From a virus, in the IMG/VR virus record IMGVR_UViG_3300021964_000022, positions 46,013 to 110,012 of that record: a stretch of 64,000 nucleotides of DNA; one strand, written 5' to 3'. Of this stretch, positions 57,309 through 64,000 are shown piece after piece. Both the position numbers and the translations under genes were made by a program. Below the pieces are notes generated by a model that saw only the letters and a list, made by a program, of their open reading frames with translations, had not been told where the DNA came from and did no database searches. The stretch's first letter is position 1; every line of letters begins with the position of its first letter.

Positions 57309-57941
57309 TTACTGGAGGCCTCTAATTATATTAACTAGAGATTCCTTTAAGTATTTTTGTGCCTTGTTATCATGTTTTGTAGCCTTTGCGAGTTCGTATG
57401 CCTTATACCCGCCACGTGCATTCATTAAATGCTCGTAGATGGGCGTTGGATACGCCCCCGGTGCACTGGGTTGTGCAACTACATCCACTGTGATGATTTC
57501 AAAATCTGAAACTTCACCGCTTCCGTCTTCTTTAACGTTACCCGATCCCCTTGATGAAACACCTAATTTAACTCCGCTTTGAAGCATTGTTGTAACTAGT
57601 TGTCCCATCGGGGTAGGTAAAATTTTCATTTTGCCATAACCGTTGGAGTCTTCCATATACATGTTAGTAATCATATGGCTTACTCTGTCAAGGTTAATAT
57701 TAAGTCCTTCTGGATGATCAACTTCTCCGAGTACACTATATCCACCGCTGATTTGATCGTTGAGCGTAGTTACAGCCCTACTGATCTCACTTACAGGATA
57801 TACACGCTGGTTAGCGTTTCGCACACCGCCTTGTATACAAATTCCTTTAAGATAAAGGTCTTTGCCTCCAGTAGCATTTTCAGTTGTCTCAACAACCATT
57901 TTAGCTTGGTCGAAGGATAGAGTTTCGGTTAAGTTAAACAT
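57309..57941 (-). CDS. gp21: Prohead protease
   Basis: NANQRVYP, LGEVDHP, NLDRVSH, LPTPMG, LGVSSRGSG, DVVAQPSAPGAY. Confidence 0.93.
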   Translation of the reverse strand: MFNLTETLSFDQAKMVVETTENATGGKDLYLKGICIQGGVRNANQRVYPVSEISRAVTTLNDQISGGYSVLGEVDHPEGLNINLDRVSHMITNMYMEDSNGYGKMKILPTPMGQLVTTMLQSGVKLGVSSRGSGNVKEDGSGEVSDFEIITVDVVAQPSAPGAYPTPIYEHLMNARGGYKAYELAKATKHDNKAQKYLKESLVNIIRGLQ

Positions 57942-57946
57942 ATTTC

Positions 57947-58900
57947 TTATGATCCGATGTTAGACTTTTTGTCAGTAGCAGTTTCACCTGCACCTTTTTT
58001 CTCTGCGCCATGACCTTTTGTATTTTTAGTCATTGACTTTGAAGCTTTTCCGCCTGGTACGTTAACGTTCCCTGCATTATCTTCTTTAGGTGCTTGTGCC
58101 TTGCCACCGCTCTCGTCACCACCTTGTGCAATGTTACCGGCTGTTCCGCCCATATCATTTTTACTTGCAACTGGTGATGTCGCTTTGTTGTCTTCGCCTT
58201 TTGGCTCAGCAACTTTCTCTACATACTCACGCATTGTTTCCGTTGCGGATTTCTGTACAGATTCTTCAACTTCATCTTCTGAAGCTTCCATAGGTGCAAC
58301 TTCTGGTGCGTATGCTTCTTCTTCAGCATCGTCTTCGTCGTCGCCTGCATCATCCATGTCACCCATGTCGTCGCCTGCTTCGTCGTCACCGCCGTCTTCG
58401 TCACCCATCATTTTTTCAAATTCTGCTTTTAAGTCATCTAAAGCGTCTTCTAAGTCAACTACACGATCTTCTAGCTCTTCTTCGCCTTCTTCATCGCCCA
58501 TGTCGCCGTCTGCTTCAATGTCACCCATCATGTCATCTGCTGGATCGCCGCCCATGTCATCCATTGGCGCTTCAATAGCTGGTTCCATAAAGTTTTCATC
58601 TACTTCTTCGTCTGATGCTTCATCAACTTCTTTGTCTGATGCTTCATCAACTTCTTCGTCAGTAGCTTCGTTAGTTTCTTCGTCGTCATTATCTGACGCT
58701 TCATCTACTTCTTTGTCATCTTCATCGTCTTTTTCATCATCTTTCGATGCTTCTTCGATATCTAGATCGTCTTCTAGTAGATTTTCATAAATTTCTCTTG
58801 ATTTTTCAATCACGTACTCGTGAAATAAATCTTCAGCACCTGCTTTGTCCTCGTTTACGAGTTTTTCTAGCATTGCTTCAATTTTATTAATGTCTGCCAT
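57947..58900 (-). CDS. Highly acidic prohead core protein (gp67/gp68-position analogue)
   Basis: D/E-rich low-complexity protein with EVDEASD repeats, immediately upstream of the protease. Confidence 0.6.
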   Translation of the reverse strand: MADINKIEAMLEKLVNEDKAGAEDLFHEYVIEKSREIYENLLEDDLDIEEASKDDEKDDEDDKEVDEASDNDDEETNEATDEEVDEASDKEVDEASDEEVDENFMEPAIEAPMDDMGGDPADDMMGDIEADGDMGDEEGEEELEDRVVDLEDALDDLKAEFEKMMGDEDGGDDEAGDDMGDMDDAGDDEDDAEEEAYAPEVAPMEASEDEVEESVQKSATETMREYVEKVAEPKGEDNKATSPVASKNDMGGTAGNIAQGGDESGGKAQAPKEDNAGNVNVPGGKASKSMTKNTKGHGAEKKGAGETATDKKSNIGS

Positions 58901-58980
58901 TTTATTCTCCTATAATTGTTGTGTTATCGTAAGGCTGTACACATATTTACATTATTATTAATATATGTATGGATAATAGG

Positions 58981-59001
58981 CTCAAAACAGCTCGTTTTGA
59001 G
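58981..59001 (-). other. Intergenic stem-loop
   Basis: CTCAAAAC-GAGCT-GTTTTGAG after stop of 59008-59613. Confidence 0.4.
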
Positions 59002-59007
59002 TGCATG

Positions 59008-59613
59008 TTAGGATTTTTGCCAAAACTTAATGAATTCTGGCACAGTTTGATGCTCTAGATTGGCGACATCTTTCAATGATTTAGGTAAGAATGAATCTCC
59101 TTCTTCAACTACTCTTATATATCTCGTATCAGGATGACTTTTCATTGTAGTTAATGTTTGTCTTTCCCAATTACCAAAATAAGTAGCTGGATCATAGCTT
59201 TTTTTGTAGTTTTGTGTGTCAGCAAACAAATTGTTTACCCTTTTATATTCGCCATTAGCATCTTTTGATCCTCTAAAATCAAAGCCTAATACATATATTT
59301 CGTCATATCCATGCATATGACTAGCCATCCATAATGCTGTTGGACCGCTACTCCAACCCTTTGACGGGTTAAAAAGATTTAAATTTGGCATACTGTTAAA
59401 CGTTCGATTAGGATTTGTCCATACTTCGTTATCTAGTTGCCATCTATGTTTTGTTATTTCTAATATCATCTTTACATCGACTGCAATTAAGTAATCAGGT
59501 CTGAAAGTTCTGTATACTGCATTACAAGCATACACTTTTCCAAACTGTTTTAGATGATTTAGATCAATTGGTTCACGGCTCGTGCCGTTACCTACGACAA
59601 ACGCTACAGACAA
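59008..59613 (-). CDS. Sialyltransferase (GT42/CstII)- or Maf-like fold protein
   Basis: VVGNGTS, YACN, WSSG..AL, GYDEIYVLGFDF. Confidence 0.55.
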   Translation of the reverse strand: MSVAFVVGNGTSREPIDLNHLKQFGKVYACNAVYRTFRPDYLIAVDVKMILEITKHRWQLDNEVWTNPNRTFNSMPNLNLFNPSKGWSSGPTALWMASHMHGYDEIYVLGFDFRGSKDANGEYKRVNNLFADTQNYKKSYDPATYFGNWERQTLTTMKSHPDTRYIRVVEEGDSFLPKSLKDVANLEHQTVPEFIKFWQKS

Positions 59614-59614
59614 A

Positions 59615-59860
59615 TTACGCTCCTGGTTCAGCGTTAGCGGCTAAGCCGTACATTTGTCTTACAAAAAATAATTCTTTTTCGTTTTCTTCGTTGTGTAGTT
59701 CAGATGCTTTACGTGCTTTATTAATCATACGTAAGCTAAGTCTTGTTTTACGAGTGTCATCGTAATCCATTGGTGATTCGTCTGATAAAGGATCGTATCC
59801 CTTATCTTCAATTGGATCTAAGTTCTGTTTATCAAAATAAAAAAATTCTCGTAAGTTCAT
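59615..59860 (-). CDS. Small head-module protein
   Basis: MNLREF, DTRKTRL.L..IN..R, QMYG; directly downstream of portal. Confidence 0.6.
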   Translation of the reverse strand: MNLREFFYFDKQNLDPIEDKGYDPLSDESPMDYDDTRKTRLSLRMINKARKASELHNEENEKELFFVRQMYGLAANAEPGA

Positions 59861-59865
59861 GTTAG

Positions 59866-59873
59866 TATTTATA
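59866..59873 (-). promoter_or_regulatory. T4-type late promoter TATAAATA (one of about 13 TAAATA sites)
   Basis: Exact TATAAATA here and at 28331 and 51375; core TAAATA upstream of genes at 14210, 17138, 17182(+), 29129, 32525, 37365, 42751, 47275, 53682, 54524, 58944. Confidence 0.75.
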
Positions 59874-61611
59874 CCGTTTGTTGAGTTGCGTCGGCTTCTG
59901 CGCCGCCACCTGCGCCAGGATCTGTAACAGTTTCCGGTGGAGTACCTTCGCCTGCGGCTCCAGCATCTTCGCCTTCAGGCATTTCATCTTCAATTCCGCC
60001 TAAGTCGTCTGCTATACCTGCACCACTTACACCTGCTGTACGCATTTCTGCACTTGCATCTGTTGGTGGTTGTTGTAAAGTTTCATCGTTTTCTTCTCTC
60101 CACAGTCTTTCATTTTCTGCAACTTCTTCTTTAGAAAGTCCTAAGAATCTTTCTAGTGCAAATCTATTTGAAATATATGGAACTGCCATCATCTGTGTAA
60201 ATGTTGGCACACGAGTATTATCTAATTCACTTTGTCTATAACTTGCAAAGTTTTGTGGTGGTTGAAAACTAACATCAAACATGCTTACATCAATGTTAAC
60301 ACCTTTTTCCATTAGATATCGTTTAAATTCTTGGTTAAAGTCTTCAATTAAAAGACCTTGTAATCTCATACAATACTGATTAAATCTTAATTCTTGAATA
60401 TATGCTGTGCCTACTCTGCCGTCATTGTATTGACTTTGTCCTTCGTCTTGTGCCGCAGTTGGCAAGTAACTACTTGGAATACGTAAGCCTCTAATTAGTT
60501 TATTAGTAAAATATTTTAAGTCGTCAATTTCACCTAGGTTTGTTCCGCCCGGTAGTGTTTCAACTTTAGATCCTCTGCCTTCAGCAGTTTGTGGGAAAAA
60601 GTAATCTTCATTGGTTGACAGCGGATTGTAAGAACTGTCTATGACTGATGTGCCTCCGCCTGTCTTCGATGGGATACGTCTTTGATGTATTTCCGTTTTT
60701 ACACGCTCCACAAATTGCATAGCAAGGTGTGATGGCATGTTGCCCACATCAACGTAGAATACTCTTCTCTCTGGAGCTCTCTGTGTTCTGTAAATAATAA
60801 TTGCGTCTTCAAGCAATTCTTTCTGCTTGTAAACTTTAAAAATACTTTCAAGTAATGAATTACCAAAAGGATGATTGTTGTCTAAACCTTCACTTAAACT
60901 TAAATGTATCATGTGTTCTGCATCAACTGCAATTTCATGCTCTTGATCCATACCGAAACGTCCTTGTCCTCCGGAGCCTCCTGTAGATGTATTACCTACC
61001 ATGCCTCGAACACTACCTGTTAGATAGCCGTCGCCGCCGCCGGTAACATTTCCGTTTGTTTGGAAAGGTGTTGTTGCTACTTTATCTGCAAAATTAAAAT
61101 TAATATCTTTTACAATATATTGTTCAGGCTTTTTGCCTTCACTTTCATTAACAATAATTCTTGATACTTTTGCAGGATCAACATGAAACCATTTTTTAGT
61201 TTCTGGATCTCTAATAAAGAATTGATCTCCATATTTAAAAACGTTACGCACAATTCTAAACATACGTGTTTCAAAATTATTCATTTTAGTCCACTGTTGT
61301 AAATAGTTTTCTAAAATTTTAATTTCAGAATTTGTTGCGTCTTTTTTAAAGTTTAGTAAAAAATTTGTTTTGTTTGTTTTATTAAATTGAGTACAAAATT
61401 CTGAAAGGATATCTAGTGCCGCATTTACTTCACTGTCGTTATCCATAGTGTTATATTGTCCATAACGCTCTACTCTATTAGGAGCACCAACATACACATC
61501 AGGTAAAAAAGAACTATAGTTGGTTCTTGCTGGACCTGGTTGATTGCCCCCTGATCCTAAAGGACTATTAGTTCCTTGCTGGACTTCTGTAAAATATCTT
61601 TTCCAACTCAT
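59869..61611 (-). CDS. gp20: Portal vertex protein
   Basis: LLEDAIIIYR..RAPERRVFYVDVGNMP, EDYFFP...GRGSKVETLPGG.NLGEIDDL.YF..KL..GL.IP. Confidence 0.95.
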   Translation of the reverse strand: MSWKRYFTEVQQGTNSPLGSGGNQPGPARTNYSSFLPDVYVGAPNRVERYGQYNTMDNDSEVNAALDILSEFCTQFNKTNKTNFLLNFKKDATNSEIKILENYLQQWTKMNNFETRMFRIVRNVFKYGDQFFIRDPETKKWFHVDPAKVSRIIVNESEGKKPEQYIVKDINFNFADKVATTPFQTNGNVTGGGDGYLTGSVRGMVGNTSTGGSGGQGRFGMDQEHEIAVDAEHMIHLSLSEGLDNNHPFGNSLLESIFKVYKQKELLEDAIIIYRTQRAPERRVFYVDVGNMPSHLAMQFVERVKTEIHQRRIPSKTGGGTSVIDSSYNPLSTNEDYFFPQTAEGRGSKVETLPGGTNLGEIDDLKYFTNKLIRGLRIPSSYLPTAAQDEGQSQYNDGRVGTAYIQELRFNQYCMRLQGLLIEDFNQEFKRYLMEKGVNIDVSMFDVSFQPPQNFASYRQSELDNTRVPTFTQMMAVPYISNRFALERFLGLSKEEVAENERLWREENDETLQQPPTDASAEMRTAGVSGAGIADDLGGIEDEMPEGEDAGAAGEGTPPETVTDPGAGGGAEADATQQTV

Positions 61612-61615
61612 TTTT

Positions 61616-64000
61616 TTATCCTGTCATTAAGTCGCCCTGGCCGTTAACACCAGTTTTGACGCCTTTTGTCAATTTATTGTTTTCTGCCATTAGCTCTGCA
61701 ATTTTAAGCATATTAGTATTTAACAGATCTAACGATGCATTCGCCTGTTTCTGATTGGCTCCTAAACCACTCAAATCACCCATTTTTGTACTTAAATCTG
61801 CAATCTGAGTACCAACACTAGTCATGGTATCGCCTATAGTGCTTAGTTCTTCTGGTGAAAATTCTGCCATCATTTTAGCTGTATCAGGAGCTTTTGTATT
61901 AGATGCTGAAGAAGTTGGTTCAGGTGGATCGTCGTCGCCTCCTCCAAATAGTGACTTACCTTTACCACCTAACCATTTTGGTAGATAGTCTGTAAAGTCT
62001 GGAAGTTTAAAATCAAAACTAAAGAATCCTTTAACTTTATCTACAATAGAGTTAAACATATCAGATATACTTGGAAATGAAAATTCTATTCCAAATACTT
62101 CTTTAATTTTGTTGATAGGCCACATAATCATATCTTTAGCAGATTGAAATATATCTCCTACACTTAGATCAAATATGCTTAGTATCTTATTAGGTATAAA
62201 CATGATAGCGTCCCAAGCGGCAGATATTACATCACTGAAACTAGTTTCTCCAGAAAACAGTCCTATGATTGCATTAGGCACTGCCATTATTGCGTCCCAT
62301 GCATCTGTGAAGAAACTACTTACACCTTCCCAACTAAACATTTCCATTATTGCTGTGCCTAGTCCTATTATTGCATCAATACCTGCACTTATCCAACCTT
62401 TAATTGTTTCATAACTGAACATTGCCACCAATGCCGCTCCTATTGCTAAGAATGGTGCCGCTACTGGTGCAAATATTAATGCCGCAATACCTGCAACTGC
62501 ACCAACAAGTACTGTATCTAAACTAGGTAAGAATGAACTAAACAATGCTTTTATACCATCACCTAACCAGCCCATTATTTTGTCACCTAGGTCTGACATT
62601 GCCTGTTGCGGATCTGCCATAAAGCTAGTTATAAATTTACTTAAACTTGTAAACACCTTGTCAAGTGTGGGTTTAATTTTTACAAATACATCATCTAAGA
62701 AACTTCCGCTTGTGCCCAGTCCGTCAAACATACCTGTTATTTGTTCAAATAACGGACTATCTAAGAAGTATTCTTTTAGTTTTCCTCTAAATCCTTCAAT
62801 TGCTTGTTCAACACCGCCCATAACTGTTGTCATTTTTGCGTTTTGTTTTTGTTCAGCATCAATATCTTCTTTACTTTTCTTTGTTATTCTATTAATTTGT
62901 CCTGTTGCACTAGCAATAGCATACAACGCCGGATTGGTTGTTTTTAATGCTTCTAATTGAGCACCATTCATTCCACCAAAGAATTTGTCCATCTGTGGAC
63001 CCATGTCTGCTAACATATTATTAAGTGTAGCAGGGTCTACACCTTCTTCAAGTGCTTTTGCAACTTCATATGCTTTATCACCAACAGCGTTAACAAGTGC
63101 AATACCTTCATCAGTTTGTGCAACACCGTCACGTAAGTCATCAAATGCTGTTGCCATTCCTGGCATTGTGGTATTCAACATAGTCATGTTGTTTAAGAAG
63201 TTTTCTCTAGCATCGCCATCTAAGGTATTAGCATGAAGACGTATTCTAGCATCATCCATTTGTGCAGATCTTGCTTTTTCTAATTCTTGTCTATTCAGAC
63301 CTGTTACTTTTGATAACTTGTCCATTTCTTGTAGATAATTTTGTGAACCAGCAATAAGTTGAGCATTAGACATATTTTCTAATCTACCCGACTTTGCCAT
63401 CTCTTCGGAGTACGAAACAAAACCTTCGTTAATAGTATCCATGGTATACCCCATGCTCATTAACTGTTCGCCAATTTTACCTGTTCTTAATCCTTTTGAT
63501 ACAACTGCAAATCTCTTTGCACCTTCTGTTGTACTTGCTCCAAACAAACTCATTGTTTTAGCGTTTTCTGCAACAAATCCTGTAAATCTTTCTAAGCTCA
63601 TACCAGCACTACCAGCAACTCTGCTCATTTCAAACATATCGTTTCCAAATGAAGCACCAGATGATGCTACTGTTCTAAATGAATCTATTTGATCATCTAG
63701 TACACCTGTTAGTACAGATAGGTAATCTCCTACTAATGGTACTGCACTAGCAAGGTCAGTGAGCCTATTACCGCCTGTGAGTAGTTCTTTACCAAATGAT
63801 GTAATGCCTCCGATTGCCGCGCCGATGCCACCTAATACTAGACTTTGCATCATTTGCTCGGCATAAACAGCCGCTTTGCCCATATCGTCAAGGGCTGTAG
63901 TTGATTCAGCTACTTCTTTTTCAAATTTTCCTAGCTCTTTACCAGCTTTTCCGGCCGCACCACCTACGCCGCCGCCACCACCTGCGCCGCCACCACCAAG
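61616..64000 (-). CDS. Tape-measure-like protein (5' end beyond window)
   Basis: Long helical A/G/M-rich protein with W/F-spaced repeats (AWDAIM, FSFP); the frame stays open from 63883 to 64000 (LGGGGAGGGGGV...). Confidence 0.65.
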   Translation of the reverse strand, partial: LGGGGAGGGGGVGGAAGKAGKELGKFEKEVAESTTALDDMGKAAVYAEQMMQSLVLGGIGAAIGGITSFGKELLTGGNRLTDLASAVPLVGDYLSVLTGVLDDQIDSFRTVASSGASFGNDMFEMSRVAGSAGMSLERFTGFVAENAKTMSLFGASTTEGAKRFAVVSKGLRTGKIGEQLMSMGYTMDTINEGFVSYSEEMAKSGRLENMSNAQLIAGSQNYLQEMDKLSKVTGLNRQELEKARSAQMDDARIRLHANTLDGDARENFLNNMTMLNTTMPGMATAFDDLRDGVAQTDEGIALVNAVGDKAYEVAKALEEGVDPATLNNMLADMGPQMDKFFGGMNGAQLEALKTTNPALYAIASATGQINRITKKSKEDIDAEQKQNAKMTTVMGGVEQAIEGFRGKLKEYFLDSPLFEQITGMFDGLGTSGSFLDDVFVKIKPTLDKVFTSLSKFITSFMADPQQAMSDLGDKIMGWLGDGIKALFSSFLPSLDTVLVGAVAGIAALIFAPVAAPFLAIGAALVAMFSYETIKGWISAGIDAIIGLGTAIMEMFSWEGVSSFFTDAWDAIMAVPNAIIGLFSGETSFSDVISAAWDAIMFIPNKILSIFDLSVGDIFQSAKDMIMWPINKIKEVFGIEFSFPSISDMFNSIVDKVKGFFSFDFKLPDFTDYLPKWLGGKGKSLFGGGDDDPPEPTSSASNTKAPDTAKMMAEFSPEELSTIGDTMTSVGTQIADLSTKMGDLSGLGANQKQANASLDLLNTNMLKIAELMAENNKLTKGVKTGVNGQGDLMTG

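Noticed and set aside
58101-58790. 229-aa Ser-rich plus-strand ORF (and overlapping short ORFs)
   Set aside because: Antisense shadow of the Asp/Glu-rich core protein codons; no RBS
1-64000. Assigning a cyanobacterial host
   Set aside because: The riboswitch, halogenase and oxygenases are suggestive, but no photosynthesis or other host-diagnostic genes are in this window

Overview
This is an AT-rich segment of a large T4-superfamily (myovirus-type) phage genome, most likely marine. The host cannot be fixed from this window. Most genes are on the minus strand. From the right end they run: tape-measure-like gene (truncated), portal gp20, prohead core, protease and scaffold, and major capsid gp23. 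Next is a small accessory island (speD, a glutamine riboswitch with an IF7-like peptide, and a stand-alone candidate ncRNA). That is followed by about 22 kb of paralogous tail/fibre genes, three Cys-rich paralogues and a tail chaperone. An approximately 14-kb block of small-molecule/glycan tailoring enzymes comes next: GT9-like transferase, carbamoyltransferase, amidinotransferase, PLP enzyme, radical SAMs, 2OG-Fe(II) oxygenases, flavin halogenase and GmhB. More tail genes follow. At the left end, on the plus strand, are a gp15-like gene, a Nudix hydrolase and ADP-heptose genes (hldE, hldD). The highlights are: (1) a textbook glnA-type glutamine riboswitch in front of a 64-aa basic peptide resembling the glutamine-synthetase inactivating factor IF7; (2) an approximately 215-nt non-coding transcription unit with its own sigma70 promoter, palindrome and terminator; (3) two further structured 5' leaders; (4) a hairpin that encloses a late promoter, sequesters an RBS and gates a putative virion-modification operon directly downstream of three ~10%-cysteine tail proteins. 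All family assignments come from motif recognition by eye, not from database searches.
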